From: Octopus vulgaris | Lineage: Eukaryota | Reading direction: 5' to 3' | DNA length: 64,000 nt | NCBI GenBank assembly: GCA_951406725.2 | Contig: OX597823.1 | Location: forward strand, 61,194,001 to 61,258,000 | Part shown: positions 24,083-36,123 of the stretch, in pieces | How positions within the stretch are numbered: the first letter of the stretch is position 1 | Layout: each line of letters begins with the position of its first letter | Made by a program: the position numbers and the translations under genes | Notes under the pieces: generated by a model | Told to the model about the DNA's origin: nothing | Databases searched by the model: none | Seen by the model: the letters and a program-made list of their open reading frames with translations, nothing else

Positions 24083-24690
24083 AGGGAATGAATGGAGTTG
24101 AATGCAATTGTTATTGAAATTCTTTTATTTTCAACATATGTTTCGAAGAAAACATTGGTTTTATTCCAAAAGAATAAGCGATGTAAAATAACGTAATCTT
24201 CACATCAGGAAAGGAAGAGAACCTATCTAAACAACAAGACATTATAACAATTTTGATGACTGCATAAATGATAAACAGAACGCTATCAAGTATTTTTTTT
24301 AAAAACTGTTAGTAGATCTGATGTCAAAGGCAGACCATAGGAAGAGGAGTAACTAAATAATAAGTAAAGATCAAATAAAGGGGGATATATTGGTTGAAAA
24401 AATGTTCAAAGGCTATCCCTTCTCTTCCTATGGTCTGCCTTTGATGTCAGATCTACTAACGGTTTTTTAAAAAATACTTAATAGCGTTATGTTTATCATT
24501 TATGCAGTCACCAAAAAATTGTTATAATGTCTTGTTGTTGAGATAGGTTCTCTTTCTTACCTGATGAGAAGTTTACATTATTTTACAGCATTTATTCCTT
24601 TGGAATAAAACCAATGTTGTCTTCGAAACATATGTCGGAAGTAAAAGAATTTGAATAACACCTGTGTTCAACTCACTTTATTTACTTATA
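24081..24690. mobile_element. Penelope-like foldback remnant: ~270-bp inverted arms, each with a hammerhead-like motif
   Basis: 24081-24347 is the reverse complement of 24421-24690, with a ~73-bp spacer. The right arm carries CTGATGA(24561)-GAAG...CTTC-GAAAC-ATAT-GTC(24636). Confidence 0.85.
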
Positions 24691-24919
24691 TTATACAAAT
24701 TACTGCACATTAACATATTAATATGGAGTCTCTACTTTTGAATAGGTCGCTACATCCTTGTTACTTGCGTGAATTTTGCCACCCTGGTAACTGCTTATTG
24801 AATTTTCCGTGTTAACTGTAAATAAAGGATAATTAATTCATCCATTTACACCCCCCACACATATATATATATATTTTTATATATACACATATATATATAT
24901 ATATATACACATATATATA

Positions 24920-25314
24920 CTAGCAGTATTGCCCGGCGTTGCTCGGGTTTGTAAGGGAAATTACTATATAAGCATTTTTAGAGATGTAAAATATAATAGC
25001 CATCTCAATATGGCTAACCACAAAGGGGGGTGTTACTGTAGCTTTTTACGTTCTGAGATTTAATAATACATTTTTAGAGAGTTACTTCCCTTATATAATA
25101 GCAAAAAAATGCATTAAAAATGGGAAAAAATTATGGTAAATTTTTTTTTAAATCGTAGACTCATTGTAGACATGCACTAATATCCAGAAGGGCTCGATAT
25201 GAATCACGACTATAAGATACTCGCTTTTGGTTACACTGCACCGCAAAATGTGGGAGTAGTTAGGAATCTAAATCGTAGGAGACAGACACACAACTTCACT
25301 TTTATGTATAAAGA
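24920..25314 (-). mobile_element. Non-autonomous Helitron-like element
   Basis: Minus strand begins TC after an A and ends CTAG before a T; GC-rich hairpin CCCGAGCAACGCCGGG (24932-24947) lies just upstream of the CTAG. Confidence 0.8.
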
Positions 25315-25449
25315 TATATACATACATACATATATATATATGACGATGATGATGATGATACATATATATATATATATATAAATATATATATATATCTATA
25401 TATATCTATATATATATATATATATGTGTGTGTGTATACATATATATAT

Positions 25450-25860
25450 AGGCACAGGAGTGGCTGTGTGGTAAGTAGCTTGCTTACCAACCATATGGTT
25501 CCAGGTACAATCCCACTATGTGGAACCTTGGGCAAGTGTCTTCTACTATAGCCTTGGGCTGACCAAAGCCTTGTGAGTGGATTTGGTAAACGGAAACTGA
25601 AAGAAGCCCGTCGTATATATGTATATGTATATATATGTGTGTTTATGTGTCTGTGTTTGTCCTCCCAACATCACTTGACAACCGATGCTGGTGTGTTTAC
25701 ATCCCCATAACTTAGCGGTTCGGCAAAAGAGACTGGTAGAATAAGTACTAGGCTTACAAAGAATAAGTCCTGTGGTCGATTTCCTCGACTAAAGGCAGTA
25801 CTCCAGCATGGCTTCAGTCAAATGACTGAAACAAGTAAAAGAGTAAAAGAGTGTAAGAGT
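25450..25860 (+). mobile_element. SINE family A
   Basis: Homology to 31535-31950. Confidence 0.9.
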
Positions 25861-26461
25861 AATATATATATCCGAAACTCAGAGTTTTATCTTGGCTACC
25901 GAGTAACTGTCACATAATTTTACAGATAAATACCTCTATTTACATAATATTGAGGTCTCTTTCTTTCTTTTGTTATCTTACCATTTTTACCTATATATAT
26001 ATATATATATGCATTAGATTAAACAGTCATCTATTAGTCTCGAATCATTTATGTGGTTAAGAAGTAAACTTCCTATGCACAGTTTCACCTGTGACTACGA
26101 CACATTATTTCATATGCTTTGACATCTCTGCCAGTCAGCCAAAGTAACTAATATGTAGAAAAAAAAAGAAGAAAAAACCAGCAAGAAAAAGAAATATTGC
26201 CCTCCAAAATCATTATATTGAAAATTAATTAAAATAATTAAGTATAGTATCTCATTAAAACTATAGTCAGGAAACGAAAATTTAATTCTTCATGAATGAG
26301 TCATAAGACATTTGTTGTTGTTGTTGCTGTTAGCAGAAGTGGCTGTGTTGGAGATGGTGATAGTGGTGGTAGTGCTCTTGGTGTTTAGCCCTAGGTCAGT
26401 CCATTTTAGACATACCTTGGATCAAAGACATTCCAGGCATGATCTTTCCAACTTTCTTTTT

Positions 26462-26625
26462 CGTGCAAGTGTGGCTGTGTGGCAAGAAGTTTGTTTCCCA
26501 ATCACTTGGTTCCAGGTTCAGTCTCACTGCATGGCACCTTGGGCAAGTGTCTTCTATTATAACCCCAGGCCAACCAAAGACTTGTGAATGAATTTGGTTG
26601 ATGGAAACTAAAAGAAACCCATTAT
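26462..26625 (+). mobile_element. SINE family A, 5' part
   Basis: TGGCTGTGTGG...GGTTCAGTCTC...CCTTGGGCAAGTGTCTT. Confidence 0.8.
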
Positions 26626-26914
26626 ATACATACACACACACATCTATATATATATATATATAAATTCCCAAATCAATCAGGTGCAATCCTTCAGCGTTAT
26701 ATGCATCTACATATCGTTCTTTGGGGTCTTATTTATCGTATATTTATCTATAAATATACAAAGTGTCTGATAAAAGTCAATATTCAATTTTGGGGGATTA
26801 ATCGATATACGGGTATTCTATTTCAGATTATACAAAAATAACCTTATGAGTATATCTGATAGTAAACTCATGGTATCAGTTTGCACATCACGAAATAATA
26901 CTTAAAGGATATAG

Positions 26915-26968
<54 letters not shown>

Positions 26969-27179
26969 TGAGAAAGTTGGTTTGTGAAAGCACGTGGTTG
27001 AATATATAGAAAATAGTAAAAAGTGAAAAAACTACAGAAGGCTTGTTTTAAAAGGTTAAAAAATATATATTTGAGTCAATATGTCTGAAGAATGTTATCA
27101 ATTTTTTTCTTACAATGACATAGTTTAGAAGAAATGACTGGTTTCGTGTTCAGCTTATATATATGGGGTAAGGGGTAAG

Positions 27180-27510
27180 TCCGTCTTTGGTCATGAATGA
27201 TCATGGGATTGCACCTAGAAAGTTACCCTCTCAGGCACAAGTCTGGGCAAGATTATTTATGGAAGACCAGCAGTCACCCATGCATACCAGCCTCCCCTCT
27301 CTACACCATTGATGTTATCCAAAGGAAAGGCAAAAGCCGATACAGCTTGGCACCAGTGACATCACAACTCATTTCTACAGCTGAGTGAACTGGAGCAATG
27401 TAAAATAAAGTGTCTTGCTCCAGAACACATCACATGGCCTGCTCTGGGAATTGAACTCACTACATCATGACTGTGAGCCTGCCACTCTAACCACTGAGCC
27501 TTGCACCTTC
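27180..27510 (-). mobile_element. SINE family B
   Basis: Reverse-complement homology to 2793-3130. Confidence 0.88.
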
Positions 27511-28804
27511 AGTGATAGGCAGACAATAAGACTAAGGTAAGCCTCATCTTATGAAACAAATAGTAAATGTTAAAAATAATAGTTTGCCATTTTCATATGT
27601 TGCAAGGACAACAAGAAATATATAGAAATTAACATAGAGGTGTATAATTTAACACTTGTATCTGAATATATACCCTTGAGATGTAAATTTTTTGCAGTGC
27701 TGTTCTCCGGAAAATATGACACACTTTCTCATAAAAACTACATTTTCTCACACAGTTGTTCTTCATAATGTATGGAAACCCATTCTGGAAGCTATTTTTT
27801 TTTTTGATTTATCATAAAGAATACAAACCATGAAAAGAAAAGAGGAGAGGATAGAAAGGAAGAGAGAATGAAAGAGAATAAAAATGAAAGAAAGAAAGAG
27901 ATTGAAGAGAAATCAGAAATATAATAAATAACAAGCAAAATCATGTGTGTTCTATGTTAGTATTTCTTTGATATATATCATATCCTTTTTTATCTTGTTT
28001 CTTGTGAGTAGATAAAGATTGATTATGGTGAAGCTATGGTCAAAACAGAATACACAGTTCAAACAGCATCATGAGATCTTCAAATTTATCAGTCTCTCTT
28101 CTTGCTTTAAGATCTATTTTGACTACAACACCCCTCCCCCCCTCTCTCTCTCTCTCCTTCTGTCTCATATTCATTCCATCCCTCCTTCCTTCTCTTTCTC
28201 TTTCTCTATCTCCCTCTCTTTACTTCTAAAGGTTGGCTAACACCATTGTGCAATCTTCAGTTTCACTCAGAAGATATATTTTTATATTTTTTTATGACTT
28301 ATTTTATCAGAATTTTTTTATGATTATTTGTAAATTTTTTCTTTGCCCTGTTTTTTTTTTTTGGCTTTTTTAAAAATAATTTCTATTTTATTGTTTTTTT
28401 TTTACTTTACCAAAGCTTGCTGCCGTTCTTTTGATATCAAATATTTCTTTTCCTTTTTTGTTTTACTGTTTGTTGTTTATTACACATATTTATTTGTATT
28501 ATTCATTCCTTCAGCTATATTTCTTTCTTTGCTTTTGTCTAACTCCTTCATTCCTTCTTTCTTTCTTTACTTTTTATTCTTTCTTCTTCTTTTTCTTTCT
28601 TCCGTTTCTTTTTCCTTCCTTCCTTTCTTACTTATTTTTCATTCTTTCTTTCCACCTTTATTTTTTTTTTTTTCATTCTTCCTTCCATTCTCCTTCCTCC
28701 AACCCATTCCTTTTTACGACAGTACTCACTGCTAACTCTCCAAAAAGAGAGATAGAAAATAAAATCTAAGGATGAAATTTCAAGGGTAAATATTTCTTTT
28801 CCAT

Positions 28805-28808
<4 letters not shown>

Positions 28809-28835
<27 letters not shown>

Positions 28836-29172
28836 CCACCACCACCACCACCACCACCACCACCACCACCACCACCACCACCACCACCACCACCACCACC
28901 ACCACCACCACCATCATCATCATCAGCATCATCATCATCATCACCACCACCACCACCACCACCACCACCACCACCATCCTCATCATCATCATCATCATCA
29001 CCACCACCACCACCACCACCACCACCACCACCACCTTCATCATCATCACACCACCACCACCACCATCACCACCACCACCACCACCACCACCACCACAGCC
29101 ATCATCATCATCACTATTGTTGTTGTTGTTTCTATTATTATTATTATTATTATTATTATTATCATCATCATC
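28809..29172. repeat. Compound (CAT)n/(CAC)n/(TTG)n/(TTA)n microsatellite
   Basis: Directly visible. Confidence 0.95.
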
Positions 29173-29542
29173 GTAGCTGTCGAATCTTCTAGTATCATAT
29201 TCAATTCAATTACAAATGAATGCTTTGATTGTCAAACCTTCATCATCTTTCTCTCTTCCTCTTTCCTTCCTCTTCTTCACCATCACCACCACCATCATCA
29301 TCATCATCATCCTCATCATCATTACCTTCTTCTTCTTCTCCTCCGCCTCCTCATCCCTTCCTCTTCCTTCATCTTTGTGTCCTCTTTGAACTACCCCACC
29401 ACACAGAAAAAAAGAAAACTTCCACTGCCTATTAATATGAATATTTATAAGTTATGACAACCGAAAAAACTGCCTTTTCTTGACAGTGACTTTGACTTGT
29501 CTCAGCATGTGTACATCTTGATGGCTCACCCACACACACACG

Positions 29543-29610
<68 letters not shown>

Positions 29611-30146
29611 CACAAACTCACATACAACTCAGGCAGGCAACAAACATGTTGATAAGAACGTCTTCAATTGAACAGCTTTCAATGAGGCATGAAGTGTTTT
29701 AATGTCATTTATATACGATATTATCTGTGTACTTTCATTGAATTCATCCTATTTTGTAAAGCCTCCTTCTCCTGTTCGACCCAAAGCCCTCACTGCCTCC
29801 ACCTTCACTAACGGAACCACCATTCCACCACATACTACTGACCTCATCTACATCCTTCTTTACAAGTCATATAGCAAATATACATTTTCTTTCTCTTCTT
29901 TTTCATTCATCATCATAATTATCTCCTTCATATTTTTCTTCATCATTTGCTTCATAGCCCTTCTTTTGAAATCTTCTACGCTATTGTTCTTCTTTCTTTT
30001 TCTTCTTCTTTAAACTTTTCCTCCTCCTCCTTCTTCATATTTTTTCTTCCTTCTTACCTTCTTATTATTTTCCTTCTTATTCATACTTCTTCCTAGTACT
30101 TCATTCTTTTCTTACCTTTTTATAATTTTTCTTCTTATTCATTCTT

Positions 30147-30220
<74 letters not shown>

Positions 30221-30225
30221 CATCA

Positions 30226-30314
<89 letters not shown>

Positions 30315-30620
30315 GTTATGTTTTTTTCTTCTTTCTTCAAATTTTCTTCCATTTCTCGCTGAGTGTTTTCCATTCACCTAGGGCAGAGAGGCTCATTGTA
30401 TGCATTCACAGATTACACATGCAAATTCACAGATAAAATATGTATTTAAAAATTAATAAATAAATAAATTCATGGATGGATGTTGTTTTCACAGCGATAA
30501 TGTTCTTCTCAGTACATGAGCCGTTCCAGTTAATACGATTTTTTGCACTTCCTGTAGGGATGGTAGGCCTGGAATCATTTTCAAATAGGTTTATTATTAT
30601 TTTCATCATCATCATCATCA

Positions 30621-30658
<38 letters not shown>

Positions 30659-30661
<3 letters not shown>

Positions 30662-31220
30662 TGAGAGAGCAGTGTATGCCATCAAACTGAGACTGGGGTA
30701 CAAATATATGAAGCCTAGTATGCCCGTCATAGCTACCCATCTGATAAGGGTACACCAGGCACATGTATTACAACCATATTTGTGTGACATGGTGATCTCA
30801 TATCAAGATAAACAGCATATAATCTTGCAGCTGGGGCCCAGTTAGAATTTTCTTCAGGTTGAGTAGCCCATCCTGCTCAAAAGGTCCCTGAATAAGGTTT
30901 GTTTTAAGGATGATGAACAAAGCACCCATGTTTCCAGAGGTGAATTATCCAAACTCCAAAGAATTCTTCTCAACACATGACTATGATGCTCCCCCACTAC
31001 TTCTGCTCATGATCAGAGATGCACATATCATCAGCCACTAAGGGACATACTCAACTGGTAAAGGTCAAACAACTGACAAGCAAATCTGTGGTATTGAGCA
31101 GAATATTTGCTGTAGGCCATCTTTTATACCAAGACAAAACAATGTACATGATAATGCTTCCAATTCAGTTAAGATGAAAAGCCATGAGAGTCACAGCCTG
31201 GTATTGCATCGGGGGCATTT
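30659..31220 (-). mobile_element. Probable non-coding retroposon (~560 bp) embedded in an (ATT)n/(ATC)n microsatellite
   Basis: Block of higher GC that splits a trinucleotide microsatellite and ends in (TAA)n on the minus strand; single copy in the window, so the call is inferential. Confidence 0.55.
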
Positions 31221-31255
<35 letters not shown>

Positions 31256-31534
31256 TTCTTTCTTCTTATTCCTCTTCCCTTTTGGTCTAAATATTTCTGC
31301 TTCCTTATACTTCATTTTCCTTGTTTCTTTTCTTCATAATTTTTTTTTCTTTTTATCCATTTCCTCTCCCTCCTCCTTTCTTTCTCCCTCTCCTCTTTGT
31401 ATTAAGGTGGAAAGAGAGGAGAAAGGTTAAAACCTTTTTTTTTTGTTATTGCTAATGTTTAATCTTAAACTCTACAACACTAGTAAAGTGATCAAACAGA
31501 CCAATGATTAAAGTTATTTCAAAATATATCCATA

Positions 31535-31950
31535 GGCGCAGGAGTGGCTGTGTGGTAAGTAGCTTGCTAACCAACCACATGGTTCCGGGTTCAGTCCCAC
31601 TGCGTGGCACCTTGGGCAAGTGTCTTCTGCTATAGCCCCGGGCCAACCAATGCCTTGTGAGTGGATTTGGTAGACGGAAACTGAAAGAAGCCTGTCGTAT
31701 ATATGTATATATATATATGTATGTGTGTGTGTTTGTGTGTCTGTGTTTGTTCCCCTAGCATTGCTTGACAACCGATGCTGGTGTGTTTACGTCCCCGTCA
31801 CTTAGCGGTTCGGCAAAAAGAGACCGATAGAATAAGTACTGGGCTTACAAAAAGAATAAGTCCCTGGGTCGAGTTGGTCGACTAAAGGCGGTGCTCCAGC
31901 ATGGCCGCAGTCAAATGACTGAAACAAGTAAAAGAGTAAAAGAGAGAGAG
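31535..31950 (+). mobile_element. SINE family A (best-preserved copy)
   Basis: A-box TGGCTGTGTGG, B-box GGTTCAGTCCC, CpGs retained, tail GGCGGTGCTCCAGCATGGCCGCAGTCAAATGACTGAAAC followed by (GTAAAAGA)n. Confidence 0.93.
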
Positions 31951-33209
31951 TATACCATCCTTCAGACTTTTCCAATTGGAATATCACAGAGAGTGCTTTG
32001 GATTATTTGTTCTGACTTTCTATGTTCTGAATTCAAAGCTTACCAAAGCTCAGTTTTGCCCTTCATTCTTTCAGATCAACAAATAAACTATCAGTCTAAG
32101 ATGATAGATTATTGAAACTGTTAGAGATTTGGACAAACTTGTGTCAGGAATTACTACTGACAGGTAATGTCGATAATTGAAACCCCACCCAACAAAAAAG
32201 AAAAAATTGAAAAACAAAGTTTTCTTTTAATTTATTTAAGTCATTCTATTATTCTTTCAGTCACAGGACTGTGGCCTTACCAAGGCATGTGCTGCATTAG
32301 GAAATCACATAAACTCCAGCACTTGTTTTATTCTGTTACATATTGTCTGAAAACCACGAGAACACCTCGGATAATATAGTTCTAGATGCATTCTCAGAAA
32401 ATTAGCTGGCATGGTCTGGGTAGGACAACCTTTGGTTATAAGCATGTTGGATAAGGGCAGAACTGGACTAAACTACACCAACTAGAACACAATTACTTTA
32501 ATTTCTTTTGTAGACACAAAATGAAATGCCAACAAGTTAATATGAATTTACAAACCATGAGTCAGTACTTTATTTCACGATGCTCATGCTGTATCTCTCC
32601 AGAATATTGACCTCCTGTAATAACCTCCCTGAATATGCCTCTCCTACAATCATCAGCTTGTAACAGTATATAAGGAATATTTATGGCATCAATCACACTG
32701 GTTTCAGAGAGCCTGAAACTATATGGGATGCCGTCTCTTAATCCACACTGTCATCATCATAATCAACATCGTTGTTTTAAGGTCCACTTTTCCATGCTTC
32801 CATGAGTCAGATGGAGGTCATTGACAAAAAGTTTCTACATCAACACTCACCTGTTTCCAAGTGAGGTAATATCTTCCCATGACCAGGCATGTTTTTACAG
32901 AAGACTGGAAATGTGGATTGATGATGGTATCAATCATTTTGCAACTATCACACTCTCAAGACAAAGATATACAAGCATTCACGTGCACACACACAACACA
33001 CACACGCATGTACACATGAGCATGCACATGCACACACACACACACACAATGGGCTTCTCATAGTTACTGTCTACAATCCACTCAAAAAGCTTTGATCAGC
33101 CCAGGGCTATATTAGAAGACACTTGCTCATGGTGCCATACAGTGAGACTGAATCTGAAACTATGTGGTTAAGAAGCAAACTTCTTATCTCAGAGTCATAA
33201 AAAAAGACA

Positions 33210-33483
33210 CCCCCTTTGGGGTAACTTTCTAGGATTGCACCAAGGTTGTTTATGGAAGACCAGCAGTCACTCATGCATACCAGCCTCCTCTCTCTACATC
33301 CCCAAACTGATATAGACTGGCACCTGTAACATTGCAAATCAACCCTACAGCTGAGTGAAACTGGAGCAATGTGAAATAAAGTGTCTTGCTCAAGAACACA
33401 ACACACAGCCCAGTCCAGGAATCAAACTCACTCCTTCATGATTATGAATCTGATGCTCTAACCAATGAGCCATGCACCTTCAC
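33210..33483 (-). mobile_element. SINE family B with internal deletions, next to a SINE A 5' fragment (~33050-33185, minus)
   Basis: Homology to 27180-27510. Confidence 0.8.
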
Positions 33484-34140
33484 AGAGCTATACTTGCACT
33501 TAAAAATATTAAGCAATGAAAATACAAAAAAAAAATTGTTTTCCATCTGATTCACATTTTCATTTCTAATATTATAAAGCAAATTCTCAAATTTCTGTCA
33601 ATATCTAAACAAATGACCAAAGCTAATGAAATTTAAATATTTAACTAATGTTTGTACACACAATATTGTCTGGAATATTTTGGAAATTCTTCAACATATA
33701 TATCTCAGGTAGAAGCTACAGACATGCTTTGATTGAGTAAATATGCTCTGAAGCAGAAGGGTTTCCTCTCAGAATCTATTCACTATTTATATCAGTTGCT
33801 AAGCAACCAATGGAGAATGATATTACTGGATAACCCTTGTTTTGGTCTGGCTTTACAATCTGAATGTAAATATAGCCAGTTTGTTTAAAAAAAGATAGAT
33901 ATTATCTATGGAATATTTTTAAATCATTCAAATTGGCTACACTGAGAATAGACATTTGGCTATTGATCCTGACTGAAGCAGAACAAATACACACACAGCA
34001 CACACACAACACACACACACACACACACACAACACACACGCATACACACACACACACACATACACACACACACATACACGCACACACACACACACACACA
34101 CATACATACACGTGTCTATATGTATAAGAATGTATGTGCC

Positions 34141-34171
<31 letters not shown>

Positions 34172-34218
34172 GTGTATAGATAGATATGTAGATAGAAAAT
34201 ATATATGTATATATATAT

Positions 34219-34250
<32 letters not shown>

Positions 34251-34364
34251 GTATATATACACACATGTGTATAGATAGATATGTAGAGAGATAATATATA
34301 TGTGTGTATACATATATTCATATATAATATTTATGTATATAATAAGTACACACACACATGTATA

Positions 34365-34410
<46 letters not shown>

Positions 34411-35610
34411 ATCTATGCATGCATATATATGTATATATATGAGTGTATATATATATATATATATTTTATTTATATACAGAGAGTGGAAGAGGGAGAGATA
34501 ATTATATCTTCTGGGGGTTTGTTTGTGACAGAGTTGCTGAGCAAAAATAATTTTTTCAAAAATCAATGTAAGTTTAAATAAGTTTCACAAGAACTAAAAT
34601 GGAATATTCTGTCATTTAGAATTAACACGAAAGGATTCTTTAGAAGTAGGAATATAACATTGTTGCTTGCCAGAAGACCAATAGCTTAATTCTTAGCTAT
34701 TTAGACAGTCAGATAGATAAGATTCCATGTTCTGGATATGGAATTGATATTATTCAATCAATGAATGTCCTGTAGGGTTACAAACAAGGAAGCTGGTTGA
34801 TTGTGAATCTTTGTTACAGTTGCTGTAGTTCTTGCCAATCTGAAGCCATCTGACCTAATGGAAAACATCACCTCTATGAACTCCACTGATAATCTAAAGC
34901 CAAAGAAGATTCTAGGTTTTCATTTGTTCATCAAATGCTCCCTGGATTTCAAATGAACTTCTTGGTAAAACTGCTCAGAGGGGGCTATAACACAAATGCT
35001 AATGGTCTTTACATTAGGATCAGTCACAGGTCAAATCGCATTATCCACACACACATGCAAACATATACACATACACATACATAGAAATACACACACGTGC
35101 ATTCTCATATGCAATCACATTTTTACTGACACAAGACTTCCCAAAGGCAATCAATGCTAAGTTAACAGATAACACTTTATTGATGAGAATTGTGCTGCAG
35201 GTAAATTTAACAGGAAATTTTGATTAATTCCTTTTGCTTGATATGAACAAAAGTTTAGCTCTATCTTAGATACCACAAACTCCCATAGCTACTCTCTCTC
35301 TTTCTTATTTCAAAACAAACATACGTACACATACACATAATCATCTGAGTGCATGTGTGTGTATGTACATGAAAGCATGTGCATATATACATACATACAT
35401 GCATGTATATGGTTGTTATGTTACAGTACAAAGAATTCTGCCAAGAAGAATCGAAAAGGATATGGAATACGTATTTTAGAGTTATATTCTATTTATTGTC
35501 AGCCGTAAGCTCCATCAGTGTTACTCTGAGTTTCGTATTTCTGAAGATTGGAAATATATACAGTACACAAAGTTAGAGACATTTACAGCTGACAATAAAT
35601 AAATAAATAA

Positions 35611-35767
35611 GGTACAAGTGTGACTGTATGGTAAGAATTTCGCTTCTTCACTATATGGTTCTGGGTTCAGTCCCACTGCGTGACACCTTGAGTAAGTGTC
35701 TTCCACCATAGCCTCAGGCTGACCAAAGTCTTGCGAGTGGATTTGGTAGACAGAAACTGAAAGAGCC
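35611..35767 (+). mobile_element. SINE family A 5' half (a matching 3' half lies at ~39430-39622)
   Basis: Homology to 31535-31695. Confidence 0.82.
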
Positions 35768-36037
35768 CACCATTTCTGTTGAAGAGCATAGGCTTGAAAT
35801 GTCAAAGACTTTTCCATTCTTCACAAGTGTCAAACAAACACACACCTATTTGTTTTGTTGTTCCCTCAACTATCTTCATCTTTTGTTTTCTGTATGTTTG
35901 ACACACACACACATATACATATATAAACTCACCAGCATCATATGTCTAGCAGTGGTGGGAGACCAAATACAAACTCACAAATACAAATATACGTGTATAA
36001 CATATATATATATGTATATGTGTATGTGTGTGTATAA

Positions 36038-36068
<31 letters not shown>

Positions 36069-36089
36069 CACTCACATATACATATTTAT

Positions 36090-36090
<1 letters not shown>

Positions 36091-36123
<33 letters not shown>

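Noticed and set aside
31535-31602. tRNA genes at A-box/B-box motifs
   Set aside because: These are SINE heads attached to repeated bodies and tails; no convincing cloverleaf.
35770-35810. Hammerhead-like TTGAAGAGC..GCTTGAAATGTC
   Set aside because: The first core C is missing and stems I and III cannot be formed; likewise the CTGAGGA motif near 19365-19395 (minus) lacks GAAA.
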